A stretch of DNA of 64,000 bases from Podarcis pityusensis. Lineage: Eukaryota. The stretch is taken from the NCBI GenBank assembly GCA_964106645.2, contig OZ067038.1. One strand, 5' to 3'. A program made the position numbers and the translations under genes. Under the pieces are notes generated by a model. That model saw nothing but the letters and a program-made list of their open reading frames with translations. It had not been told where the DNA came from and made no database searches. Positions 26,846 to 41,148 of the stretch are shown piece by piece. Numbering within the stretch: the stretch's first letter is position 1; every line of letters begins with the position of its first letter.

Positions 26846-29800
26846 CCAGCTTAATTTGTTGGTGAGGCCACTGTTAAAAGGACAGAGGCAAGGTCACTGA
26901 AATAAGGCAGCTCTATCCTTGGAGCAAGAATACCATATTACGGCATTCTAGGTGAAGGCTAGAAAATTTATCATTCTTTAACACCTTTGTGGTGCTCCTA
27001 CAAAAGTACAGATTCCTCCTACCACTTCAACATTTATTTTTTTAAAGGTATGTACCTAAAAATGAAAGAATGATGGAAACATGCATTTGGACACATGTGT
27101 ATACATGCACACTTCTTAGGTAGCCAGGACAGTCCGCAGCAACATGTTGCCTTTACACTTGGTAACAAATCTTAGCTCACTGCCGTATAATGTGTGGAAT
27201 GGTTCTAAGAATTTTTTTGTATGACTCCAAATCTTGCATTGCCTTGCCTTGACTGGGTACTTGCCATTATGGCTAGTAGCCCTCTCCTCCATGAACTGTA
27301 CCTCTTCACTGAACCCCCAAGTTTAGCTTCTGCAAGCTTATATGCAATGAAACCCCCAGTAGAGAACCCTGTGCAGATACTGCTCCTGCCCTTCCACAGA
27401 ATGCGCCCACTGCTCAAACCCGGCAACTGACTTCTCCATCTGCAATGCAGAGGACAGTACCAGAGAGTCGTTATTGTAATCCTTACATATAAATAGGGCT
27501 CCATCCTCTGCCTCAGCTTTAATCCAGGCTGGGTCTCCACATTGGAGCAGATCCTAGGGTTTCCTTGGCCATTATAGCAGCATTTTAACAATGCACCATC
27601 CGTCACACCCAGTGATGCTGGTTAGCAATGTTGTATTAAGCTTTGGCTTCTAGAGGGCTTTTGAACATTTGACAGAGCACCACTGGCACTGAACATACTG
27701 ATCTCTGTAAATGCCAGGCATCCCCCTATTGCTACCCAAATGGCCCCAAACCACCTTAATAACCAGGGTAAAAAACCTTGGTTATTAAAGATAAATAAAT
27801 AATAAATTAATATTAATATTAATATTAATTTATTAATATTTATTAATGTTTTATTAATAAATATTAATAAATTAATAAAACCCCACCATTTTATTTGGAT
27901 GCCAGAAAACCAATTTTGTAGCTTAAATTTGACCTACCTCCTACTTCCAATGGTTTCTCTCCTTCCTTGTCATTTCCACCTTGTGGCTCACAGTAATTTT
28001 TAAAAGTGGTCTGTGTGCCCCAGCAATTCTCATCTGCTTTGCCACTAATCAGGGATGTGACTCTCTTTCCTTTGCTCCTTCAATGTCTTTCATAAAGTGG
28101 GCCATCCTCCCTTATCTCCTGCCTCTGAAATCAATCCCATCTGGATAGGCGGCAGAGCCCCCTCAACCCACCCTGTTGCCCCTCTTCCTTGCTCATCCTG
28201 AGAAGCGAAGACTTCAAAGAGCTCGAGCCCTGCCCCAAGTGGCCCTGCTTCCCTGAACAGCAAGCAAAGGGCAGCGAGGCAGCCGGTCCCTTCTCAGATG
28301 GACCAGCAACTCTGAGAGTGAGCGAGAGAGGGAAAGTTCTATTGTTCTTGGTGGGGTCAAAGGTCAGTTGTCTGCCGCACCAGTCACTTGGAGCCTGTTC
28401 TCTTTAATGGCTCCAAGGTTGATTTATTAACTCCAAGTGCTTGGTATGCAGAGAGACAGCAGTTTCCTTTCTCCTCTCTTGCTAGTGGCAAGCCGCCTTT
28501 GGTCTCCCTTGCTCGAGGACTGATGCCTGAGCTTTCCTCCCTCCCCAGTTCCGTTTAAGGCAGCACAAGCTGCAGAACATTAATATAATGCATAGACTGT
28601 ACATCGTGTCACTGGGAAATGAAAGATAAGCTGCAGAAAGGAATCACACAGCAGCCTAAAACGTCCTGGCTGGGCCCAGTTACTTCACCCTGAATTTGGC
28701 ATGCTCTAAATGCAGGGGCTCTAAATGCAGCTGGCAATTGCGACTGGTTGCCCTTGCCTAATCAGTAAGAGTCTATGGCTCACCATATCCCCCCCCCCCC
28801 ACATGCCTTTTAAGGAAGGCACATTTGTGACCTGCCGGACTACTTCTTGAATTGCTGTCCCAAGCAACTGTGCTCCCTAGCGGCCTTATTAACTCAGAGC
28901 ATCTAATTTATTCCTAACAAAGACACAAAGCAAATCTGGTGCAGACCCCTTGGGTGAAGAAGAGACAGCAATGCTGGTGGCTACACCTTAATGGCAGGGT
29001 GCCCTCTCACTGTATTGCTTTAGATGCTTGCTGGAAACTTTTTTTATTTCAGGAAGCCTACCCAGATATGTGGGACGCGGGTGGCGCTGTGGGTAAAACC
29101 TCAGTGCCTAGGACATGCTGATCATATGGTCGGTGGTTTGAATCCACGCGGTGGAGTGAGCTCCTGACTTCGGTCCCAGCTCCTGCCCACCTAGCAGTTC
29201 GAAAGCACCCTTAAGTGCAAGTAGATAAATAGGTACCGCTTTATAGCGGGAAGGTAAACGGCGTTTCCGTGTGCTGCGCTGGTGCTGGCTCGCCAGAGCA
29301 GCTTCGTCACGCTGGCCACGTGACCCGGAAGTGTCTCCGGACAGCGCTGGCCCCCAGCCTCTTAAGTGAGATGGGCGCACAACCCTAGAGTCGGACACAA
29401 CTGGCCCGTACGGGCAGGGGTACCTTTACCTTTTTACCCAGATATGTAACTTAGTCACCTGTATATCTGTTTTAAAAGCTTTATTGGTTTTATCTTTATT
29501 TCTAATTATTATGGTTTTACATACTTTTTTATACATATATGTATTTGTTTTTATTTATGTTTTTACATATTTTTGTTTTTGTGGATTTCTGCTGCGTTTA
29601 ACCTTCAATTTTATTTGTACATCACTTGGGTAGTTTTTGGTTTTCTTGATTAAGAGGTCTATATATTTTCTAAGGAAATGCAAGAAAGCAAAGTGGCTGT
29701 CCAACGAGGCCTTACAAACAGCGGGGGAGAGAAGGCAAGCAAAATGCGAGGGAGATAGTGAAAGATACAGGAAATTGAATGCAGATTTCCAAAGAATAGC

Positions 29801-32800
29801 AAGGAGAGACAAGAAGGCCTTCTTAAACGAGCAATGCAAAGAAATAGAGGAAAACAATAGATTGGGAAAAACCAGAGATCTGTTCAAGAAAATTGGAGAT
29901 ATGAAAGGAACACTTCATACAAAGATTACCATAATAAAAGACAAAAGCGGAAAGGACCTAACAGAAGCAGAAGACATCAAGAAGAGGTGGCAAGAATACA
30001 CAGAGGAACTATACCATAAAGAAATGGATGGCTTGTACACCCCAGGTAGTGTGGTTGCTGACCTTGAGCCAGACATCCTGGAGAGTGAAGTCAAATGGGC
30101 CTTAGAAAGCACTGCTAAAAACAAGGCCAGTGGAAGTGATGATATTCCAGCTGAACTATTTAAAATTTTAAACGATGATGCTGTTAAGGTGCTACACTCA
30201 ATATGCCAGCAAGTTTGGAAAACTCAGCAGTGGCCAGAGGATTGGAGAAGATCAGTCTACATCCCAATCCCAAAGAAGGGCAGTGCCTAAGAATGCTCCA
30301 ACTACCACACAATTGCACTCATTTCACACGCTAGCAAGGTTATGCTTAAAATTCTACAAGGTAGGCTTAAGCAGTATGTGGACTGAGAACTCCCAGAAGT
30401 GCAAGCTGGATTTTGAAGGGGCAGAGGAACCAGAGACCAAATTGCAAACATGCGCTGGATTATGGAGAAAGCTAGAGAGTTCCAGATAGACATCTACTTC
30501 TGCTTCATTGACTATGCAAAAGCCTTTGACTGTGTCGACCACAGCAAACTATGGCAAGTTCTTAAAGAAATGGGAGTGCCTGATCACCTCATCTGTCTCC
30601 TGAGAAATCTCTATGTGGGACAAGAAGCTACAGTTAGAACTGGATATGGAACAACTGATTGGTTCAAAATTGGGAAAGGAGTACAGCAAGGCTGTATATT
30701 GTCTCCCTGCTTATTTAACTTATATGCAGAATTCATCATGCGAAAGGCTGGGCTGGATGAATCCCAAGCTGGAATTAAGATTGCCGGAAGAAATATCAAC
30801 AACCTCAGATATGCAGATGACACAACCTTGATGGCAGAAAGTGAGGAGGAATTAAAGAACCCTTTAATGACGGTGGAAGAGGAGAGCGCAAAATATGGTC
30901 TGAAGCTCAACATCAAAAAAAGGAAGATCATGGCCACTGGTCCCATCACCTCCTGGCAAATAGAAGGGGAAGAAATGGAGGCAGTGAGAGATTTTACTTT
31001 CTTGGGCTCCATGATCACTGCAGATGGTGACAGCAGTCACGAAATTAAAAGACGCCTGCTCCTTGGGAGAAAGGCAATGGCGAACTTAGACAGCATCTTA
31101 AAAAGCAGAGAAATCACCTTGCCAACAAAGGTCCATATAGTTAAAGCCATGGTTTTTCCAGTAGTGATGTATGGAAGTGAGAGCTGGACCATAAAGAAGG
31201 CTGATCGCCAAAGAATTGATGCTTTTGAATTCTGGTGCTGGAGGAGACTCTTGAGAGTCCCATGGACTGCAAGAAGATCAAACCTATCCATTCTTAAGGA
31301 AATCAGCCCTGAGTGCTCACTGGAAGGACAGATCCTGAAGCTGAGACTCCAATACTTTGGCCACCTCATGAGAAGAGAATACTCCCTGGAAAAGACCCTG
31401 ATGTTGGGAAAGATGGAGGGCACAAGGAGAAGGGGACGACAGAGGATGAGATGGTTGGACGGTGTTCTCGAAGCTACAAACATGAGTCTGACCAAACTGC
31501 GGGAGGCAGTGGAAGACAGGAGTGCCTGGCGTGCTCTGGTCCATGGGGTCACGAAGAGTCAGACACGACTAAATGACTAAACAACAACAACATATTTTCT
31601 AAATAAAATAAAATAAATTTAATTGGTCCCTTCTCCAAATCTACAGATACTGTTCTTGTTCTCCTGCATTATGGAAGCAGAAAAGCATACAGAGAAGCAC
31701 CACTACTGTGAATTTGCCAAGAGCATGTATTTGTTTCCATTCAATCCCAATTTATTGTGGCAGATGGCAACAAACATAGGAATTCACCAAGCACCACTCA
31801 TTTGCTTTAAAGCCTATCTGTCCAGCCTTAAGAGTTAAAAACTTGCTTTGAAATAAATAACAGATTTGAATTTCTGGATAAATTCTAAACATGACACACC
31901 CAATGCCAAATTCCACGTTTGCTCAGTATGCAGAATTACCATCACCTCAAATGTAGCACCCAAATTTCTATCAGTGAAACAGATTTTACCCATTTGATAT
32001 GCACTATAGTGATGTTAATATCCATTATCTTCTACATATTGCTATAGATACATACAGGCATGCTCATTGTCAAAGTTCCTTGTTGGCTGCGTGCCTAGCA
32101 ATGAAATTACATCAGGCCTGTAATTACAGTCTGTTGATTTGGACATTTGGAAAGGGGCTGGGGTGGAGGAATCGTGGGTCCTTTTTCTTTTAAGAACAAA
32201 ACAAAAACAAACCCCCAAGCTGCTTCTGTTTCATTCAGCTGGGTTTGCATAAGCACATATTTGCAAGCTAGTTATGGATCAGAAGCTACATCTGCACCCC
32301 AGATGACTGCAACACTAATATCTGCCTTGTTGCTTAAGAAACGCTGGCATGAGGCCAGCACACACAAGGAGCCAGCTTTGTACCGAACCAGATCCTAGAA
32401 ACATCCACTCCAGCACTGTGCTGTGGCACCAGCTCCTCAAGGTCTCAAGGAAGGGTCTTTCCCCAATTTCTTTATCTGTAGATTCTTTTAACTGCAGATG
32501 CCATATATTAAACTGGGGGTTCAGATCCCTTCCAATTCTATGGAGCTGGGACTTTTTAAATGCAAAGCATGCAAGCTTCCACCGAGATTTTATAGCGCAG
32601 CCCTCACTGGGGATTCCATCATTCCCAATGGCACACAGCATGCACTGCAAACTCTTCTTCCAGTCTTGGGAGAACAAATCAGCTTCGACCTTTGGGGGGA
32701 GGGAGTGTTTGATGCACGCCTGACCCCACTCAGTTCAACTGTGTCTACATCTAACCCACGAGTCCCTTCCTCATTTGCACTGCAGAATGGGGTGGGAGGA

Positions 32801-35800
32801 GAGGGCTACAGAGATAGTAGGAAGATACAGTATCAAGAATGAAGGAGGGGCGTATCAACACAGATTCCCTCCTCCGCCCCAAAAAACCAGGTAACATTTT
32901 CACAGCATCTTCTGGGACATTTTCTTGTGTTCTCATTCCAGTGTCAAAATGCCTAAGCAGTGACACAGGAACCTCCTGAGAAGACACGGCCTGTGGCTTA
33001 GCAATGAGGGGTGTACTATACTTCTGAATGGAGTTGCTGGGATTAGGATGGGGTGGGTGTGTTTCAGTAAGCCTAGTCATAGTGCAGCAGAGGTCAATGA
33101 TCTATGCAGAGGTGGGCACAGAAACTTCTAGAAGCCACATCAATCTTGTACCCAGGCTACCTCTGGAAAGATTCCTTAGCACAGAGCGTTGCTCCACATG
33201 CTCTTTTGCACACAAAGGGCATACCTTGGTTTTCCCCAGCTTCCATTCTCTCTGGGTGTTGTCATATGTCTGCAGAAAGGAGGCACAAGTGGCTTTTGCA
33301 CCGTCAGGATTGCCCCAGTTCTTCAAGAGCATCTTGTACCTGAGAGAACCAAAGGAATGCTCTTGACCAGGAGTTAAGGTACAAAGCAATTTCTTTCCCT
33401 CAGCAAAGCTTCCTGCCCCTGTGAGGGGCTATTCTGCTGTCTCCTTTTGCTTCTGAGTGCTGACAGGTTATAAGCTCTTAACAGCTGGTAACTTGACTGC
33501 CCTTCACTGTCTTTTCCAGTCAGTCTGAAAGCACAAGCAACTGGCATCCAACTACAGAAGTGCAATAACTCTTAAGAGTAATCAAATGCCCCAAACATTA
33601 AAACTTAGAAAATGTAGTTTAAACCAGGTCCTGAACTGCAGCTTAACAAATGAAATATACTTTGCTTGGGAAATGTTTATTTTTTGTCCTTTCCCTTCCA
33701 ACCAGCCATCTCAAATGGTTATGGACGTGCAAGTCTCTTTGTTCAGACAACAAAAGCGAAAGCAGTAGCCTGCAATCATTGTCAAATTTTATAGGAGACA
33801 AAGAGACAACCTGCCCAGACTCACCTTGTGCTTTTTGCGCAAAAGCAGGTCTCCTAGCTCTCCTCTTATTCACAAGCAAAACATCCACATCGAGTCATTT
33901 ATTTCACACACAAACCCCTCCACAAAGTCCCAAAGCACTGAAGGCCACATTTGACAGCAAAATTCCACCCTCTTGCTTGCACTGCCACTTTTACCTGAGG
34001 AGGAAATCTTGAAAGATCCACCGTACAGGAAAGCCAGCTCTTCGGACCTTCACTGTCTCCAGCATGCCTGAGTATCGCAGTTGTTTCAGCACCACCTCTG
34101 GATTGAAGAGATTTGGAGACTATGCAAAGCAAGGAGTGCAGACAAGCCAAGGATAGGAGACAAGAAAGAAATGATTTCCTTGTATAAAAAGTATTATATT
34201 GGCATGAGCACTGTGACGGGCAACCTCAGAATCTCATATAACGAGCCCCACTTACTTGAGTGTGCAGACACTTGTGAATACACACACATACAGATCAAGT
34301 AGATAAAAAAAATTCTCTAGGATTGAGAGAATTGTTGCTATGTAGGATGCATCTTCAAATGTGTTAGGGAAGGGGTAGGGAACCCTGTGTTAAGAGGAAA
34401 GGCACTCCGTGGACTTATATGGCACAAACAGCACCACCCCTTGCATTAAGAATCCACTGAAAGAGATCCAGTCCTGGCTCAGACATCAGCATGCTTTGTT
34501 CCACTCCTTTCTGTGCTAGCTCTGGTCAAAAGACGAGAGGACCCTGTAAGTGGCCAGACCAGAGTCACAAAACATTCCCCTATTACCCCTAAATAGGCCC
34601 TATTTATTTTTCTGCCTGCAGCTTTGGTGGGCTATAAGCTCACCATCTTTTGAAGAAAAGGGTAGAAAGTCCCCCAAACACCAACACCACTTTCCAGTCT
34701 AGCCTAGATATCATTTAAGGTCTGGTGGCTCTCCATCCACCTTGCCCAACTGTCTGTTGCAGTTCTAGAAAGTCACCTTTTCCTGGTTGGGCTTAATGCA
34801 GCGAATGAATAGTGGGTTGCAAGTGCTGAGCGTGGCCATCAAAGAGTGTAGGGAGTCCTAAAAAGAAGAAGAAAAGAACACTGAAAAGGAGTCACTTTTT
34901 TGGAAAATTAAGATTCTGACCTCTCTCTTGCCCCTACCCCACCACCAGCCAGTCATACAAAAACTTTGTGGATAGGATGGGGAAACAGGAACCTCTGAAC
35001 AGTGGATTTCGTGTGGCCCAACATTTCTTAAAGGTTGTGTACATGCGCACAGAATCTGTGGTGAAGGCAAACAATCACCACATTCTCATCACACACGCAA
35101 CTTTCTGACCAGGTTGGGCTTAGTGGAACGCAGTTTTGCTAGTTTACAGTGGCTGGTGGCAATGCACAGCACTGACTGGTTAATGCTCCCTGCAATCCCT
35201 GGAGCTGTTTTATAACCTTAAAAAACCCCAACTAATGACTTTTTGAAAAAGAAAAAGAGACTGAGGGAAATGCATGTTTTGATGAATAAATGTACACAGG
35301 GCACTTTAAAAATTAAAGAAAAGGCAGAGAGTCTGTGTGAAGCATAGAGAGTAGCAAGCCTAAGGTCTAAACAACACTTCAGTGGTGGCATGCATGTCTG
35401 TCCTGTTCGTAGCACAATTCAGTGTGGAAGCTGAGCTCATCCCAGGCAAGAAAAACCCTATTGGGGCTTCTGCTGTTATGTCTGAATGTCTGCCTGACCT
35501 TTCATTGGGCTTGCTGCTCCTACCCTGAACTGTGAGCTGACAGTCGGCCTGCGCCTCTGAGTTCCCATCTTCAGTGTGTCTTCACTGCTGCAGCCAGCAA
35601 CTCTTTCAAAGAGATCATAGATGAAATCCAGCCTGCAGACAAAGAGGAGCATGAAATACATGAGAAAACATGTATTTTATCACATCTTGCATGGGGGTTA
35701 TGTTCTGGGGGTGCTGCATATACGCAAAATCACATATACCCAGATCACCACCTTGGAACTGGGCCCACATGACCATCTTTACATTCCAAGCAAGGCAGAG

Positions 35801-38800
35801 AGCTTTTAAGTTCTCAGACTGGGATGCTCTCGCAAGATCTTGCAGGGCTGCCCAAGTGAAAGAACATCCCAGAGTCCGGTAAGCAATTCTGAGAACTTAA
35901 AAGCTCTTTCCATGCCAGAAAAACCCATCACAAAAGGAGCTTTTGAGCTCTCTGCCTTATGTGCAATTAGCTTGTGAGATTTCAACTGGCTGGCTTTCAA
36001 CCATGTAAAGCTGAAATCACGCAAGTTAACTGCACGCAAGATGCAATCATGCTGTACTGACAAATTCCAAAGGCAGAAACGCACAGGCTGGTGCTGCCTA
36101 TCTCTTTCTGAAACTGCATACTGCACCCATTCTTCCTTTTGATGAACTACAGTAGTCCAGAGCAATCTTGGAAAGTGCTACATTATGCTGGATCTTATGG
36201 AAAGTTTGGGTACCTGAAGTCCTGTGGCAAAGAGCTGATTGGCAGCTAAAGCTCCAACAGCCATGAATTGCCTCTGGGGGCTTGCAAAATGGTCCAAAGC
36301 ATGTGCTAGGACTCCATACCAGTTCCCCATCCTTCTGTCTACAGTACTGAGTGTCCAAGAAACAGCTTCCCTGCCCCCAATCAAAGTGTTCAGATGTTAT
36401 GTACGCTCTGCAACTCTGCTCCATGCCCACCTGTAGCTCCCAACTAGTTTGGGCTTCGTTCGAATACAGTTGCTTACCTGCTGTCTTTCAGCATGTTTAA
36501 AATATCATCTCTAAAGGTGTCTCTGTTTTTCTCCAGAAAGCCCCTCACATCATAGAGGACCTGCAGGTGACAGGTTGCAACACAAGCATTAAAATGTGCC
36601 ATCATGATAATGCACAACACAGATGCATTGAATGAGGAGGAAAAACTCTTGAATTCACACACCCAAAGCTGCCAAATACCTTCTGCATCTCTCAAGCCCT
36701 TTATTGATTAAGAGCAGGGGGAACTAGCCCAGAGGCGATATGTAGAGCCCTGTTCTGCTATGTTACAGGAACAATGTACTGTAGTAGCCACCAGAGTCTT
36801 GGACAACATCTAGGAAGACAAGTCCAAACATCCCCTCTCAGCCATTAATCTCACCAGGTGATCTTGGACCAATTAATACCTTTCAGCCTAGACTACCTCA
36901 AAGGGTTGTTATGATAATGCAAAGGAAGGGGGGTCAGACATGTCACCATGAGCTTCTTGGAAGAAGGGTAGATAAAAGTGTCAAAGATAAATAAATTCTG
37001 CAGCCCACTGCCTCTCAACAAGAGAGTTTAATTCAACCTCCCTTCAACAGCAACCCAGTAGCCAGAGCAGGGATTAATTCCTGCTGCCTTGGCTGCGCCA
37101 TCCTGTTCCCTCCTGGGAACAGGGCATGCAGTTAATGCAGGGTTAAACCCTGCCCTCCTGCCCATCAGCTGGTTTCAGCAGTGTTATCATCTGATGGTTG
37201 GGGGCGTGATTTGAGGGGAAATGGCCTCGCAGACCAGATTGGAAACTCCGGTAGGCCAAGACTGATAGGCTGTTCTAAACCACAGCAACTGTAATGTGTG
37301 TTCTGGTCCCAAACAAGTCTATCATCTGTGGGGGTTCAACAAAATAATATTTGATAGGCCTAAACCTCAAATTGGCAACTTAAAAGAGTTTTAAAACTTG
37401 GAAGAGGCTGTTGCTCAATCCCATGCCCATTCCAGGAATAAAATTCTGCACTTTAGGCCTTTTTTGTCAGCCTCCAGCTGTGGCCTAACTGCTCACTGGC
37501 TTGTAGGCCCCAAACTCAGCCAGCTGCTCAGCTATCAGGCTAAAATGCACTTACCTCTCCGGCATAGTGCTGGATTCCAAACTGAAAATCTGTTACTCGA
37601 GGCTTCATATAGTACTGGTTGTTCTGAAACAGAAGTGAGCGAAGCACTGTTTATACTACCTGAAGCAACACATCAGCAGCTGTTTTTAAATATCATGAGT
37701 GGTAGTAATTTTTTGCGCATAACCAAGCCAAACAGTGAGGGCCAGGACCGCACTCTGGTGCAGTACTACTGCACTTCATAAGCTGTCGGTCCCAAAATGG
37801 CCGCACAGTAACCACAACCGTTAAGAGTTAAGAGTATTTTGGTGGAGCCAAAAACTATCCTGGCAAACATCTCTGTCAGTGCTACAACTCAGATATTCTG
37901 ATGAGCCAGAAATTATCCTTCTGGAAGATTCCCTGCCTCAGATTGAAGCATCCCAGCTATGTCACAAGCCACTAGGATCAGTCTGCCTACTGGAATTCCC
38001 AGAACTGCTAAAATACAATGTTCTTCACAGAGTACTGATTGTCTGTTAGCTTTTAGCCATTATCCAGTAAACTGAACAAGGAAAGCTATTCTACCCTGAA
38101 TTGTTAACCTAATTTTAAACCTCCACCCGCTGAATCTTAGCAGCTATTCATTTGGTAAGAGACTTAGGGTCATCTGCTTAAGAGACACATTATGCAATCC
38201 TGTTTGCTTTGCTTTGAAGAGGGTTAATTTGGCCTCACAGTTTGATTGCCTTTTCTATCAGAAGACACCAAGGGAGCCTTCCAAGGCTGAAGCAGAGGCT
38301 CAGCCAAAGAGGTTCCAATAGATGAAGTGTCGATAACTGGTTCTTTGTGGACTGTGTTCCTCTTGCTCACTTTGTGGCCTTCTTTTAAAAATCCACAGTG
38401 GAAGTAGTTCCTATTTCATACAATGAACAGAGCACCATCTACTTTGTTCATAGATGAGAGGAAATTTAAAATATCAAGATTATGTAAAGTGTAGTTTGTG
38501 GGAACACATCCTGTGTGTTAATGTGGGGTGGTGGGGCAGGGAGAAAAGAGCATGGAACAAATTCCTGAGGGGCATCAAACTATGGTTCCATACAGGTTTC
38601 TCTTCTCTTTAACCTTGCTCCTCCTATCCCTTTGGTGTGTCAAATATATGAATCAAAACTATATACTACCACCCACTGCAATATACACATTCTACACAGG
38701 GCTGCCCCTCAATACTGTCTGGAAGCTGCAGCTGGTCCAGAATGCAGAGGGTAGGCTGCCAAGTAGTGCCAACCAAGCAGATCAAATATCACTGCAATTA

Positions 38801-39308
38801 TTTAGTATAGAGGCTAATTCATTTGTTTCCAGGTCCAGTTCAAAGTCCTGGTTTTGACTTTTAAATCCTTAAGTGGTCTGTGTTTCAGGTCCTTGAAGGA
38901 ATGCCTCCTCCCTAAATGTTCCCCTTTTCTGCTTTGTGGTCATCAGGTAAGGTTCCGTTTTGTTCCCACTCCCTACCCCCTTTTTGGGGGCTAAGAGATT
39001 TGGGACTGTCTCTGCAATGGTATCTTATCTTTCAAACGCCTTGTCTAAGAAGGTCTGCCAACTCGCTCCTGATTCTTAGAAGGATGCTTAAAAATCATTT
39101 TATCCACAAAGGTGTTTTGGTTGCTGGGAGGCAACTGATGTTGGCTTTATTTAGTTTGCCTTCCAATTTCTGGTTTGTTAATACAGGAATCCTGCAATTT
39201 ATGCAGGGGTTACTTTCTGGAGATTGCACATAGTCAAAACAGATTGGGTTCAGTGGTGGGAAGGATTGCCAAAGTCTTTTTCCCCAGGTGCCTGCCTGCT
39301 TTTGGCCC

Positions 39309-39346
<38 letters not shown>

Positions 39347-41107
39347 TGAATACACACAAGTTAAAAGCAGGCTTACTGTATTGGGATTGTAAAAATTTAC
39401 ATTGGTTTCTATATTATTATTATTATTATTATTAGCCTATGAAATACATTTTAGAAATGCATAGATAAATGCATGCAAGTGTTGTGTATATATGCATCTT
39501 CACTTACCCCATGCTGGTTGTGCAGCTTTTCCAAAAGGGTACTGTCTGTGCCTTTGGGGAATCTACTCTCTTCATTAACCAAGGCCAGTAAACCAAGTTT
39601 CTGTAGCCAAAGAAGAGAGAGACTTGCAGTCAGCCAACAGACTATGGCTGCAGGTGACAAGGTAGGATGTAAGGTGGAGAGGGAAGCAAGACATCTTTGG
39701 GGGTGCAGAGGGCAGGGCATTTTAAAAAACAGTTGTAGATACGCAGTTGTAAAGGGGGATGAGCAAAGAATGATGTTAAAAATGAAAATGAGGAACTAAT
39801 AGCCCAGGTAACTAGTGATCATTTAATGTAATGTTATGTTGCTCAGCCTAAAGTAAGGTTGGAGGAGGTGTAAAAATTGTATGTAAGGACAGCAAACCCA
39901 CCCACCTTGAGCTAGCCACGATTTCCACTCATACCTCCCCCCTTCTTTTTCCTTACACTCTTCTTCTTTTTCTTCACAATGAACTCTTCTAACTTCTGAA
40001 TGAAGCCTGTCCATTTCCATAAAAGTGACAGAAGCCAAGGTGGAGAGAGGCAAAATACCAGCTATAAACTAAGGCACAGAAACAAGTCTTGCTACTGTAC
40101 TTGGGATCAAGGTCAGAGAGAAAAGCCCAGTCTACAGAGGAAGCATACGCTTGACTGCATGCTAACCCATCACACAGGAGAGAAACCTACCTTCTCAACA
40201 AGATCCAGGCATTCTGCATTGTCCATCCAATCAATGGCTTCCCAGCTTATCCCCTCTCTGCCAAAAAGAGAGGGGAAACACAAGTCAGGCACTCATATTT
40301 GCAGAGACCAGGGGTTAAGAAACAGCAAGACGCTTTGGACAGAAGTACACGAAAAGGAGAATATCATCCCTGGGAGGGGAAAAGCAGAGAGGAAGGTAAA
40401 ACTGCTCCCAGGCAGCAAAGTAGTGAGCGACTCTTGCTTTTATCAAGCTTTCCAAGGATTTCCTTGACCCCCACATGGATTGTCAGTGATGAAATCCAAA
40501 GCGGCTTTTCTGCTAGCAGTTTTTCCTCCTCCACCTGAGAGCAGTGGGCTCTCTTGGTTGCCAGAGGCCACTACCAATAAGCAATAGCCACTGCCTCCTG
40601 AAAAGGCCACTTTTAACTACCTGTTGTACTCAAGCTGCTCCAGGGAGAATATGTGCTTGTTGAAGTACTCCTGGAGCTTCTCATTTGCATAGTTAATGTT
40701 AAACTGCTCAAAACGATTCACCTGTGCGTGTGACAAGAGAAACCAATATTAGCACCCATGTTCTTGTCTGGGGGGGGGAAATCTTTTTTCCCTTGAGGGC
40801 TGCAAGGAAGAGGAAGTGCATGCGGGAAGCAGGAAAGGGTCAGCGGAAGTGCCGAGGGTCAGCTTGTTATTGCCTCTCCTGCCGGTTGCTGCCAGTCTGG
40901 GCATGCAGTGGCACAGAAACCACAGAGACTGCAAATGACAAGACTGCCCATTCAAGGTGAAAACAGGGCACATAAAGAAAAGGATCAGTGAATGAAGCTC
41001 ACTGGGTGACCTTGGGTCAGCTGCAGTCTCTCAACCTAATCTACCTCACAGAGTTGTGGCATGGATAAGTTGTTGCATGGTTGAGACCCATCAGGGAAGG
41101 AAGCCGG

Positions 41108-41148
<41 letters not shown>

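Noticed and set aside
27205-28560. ORF 27205..27606 and the mildly CpG-rich 28140-28560 segment as a nested gene or internal promoter
   Set aside because: No recognisable homology, and no convincing in-phase donor to exon 23806.
29637-29673. Start of ORF 29637..30290 as a real BovB start codon
   Set aside because: It lies in the flank and TSD outside the 5'-truncated element.
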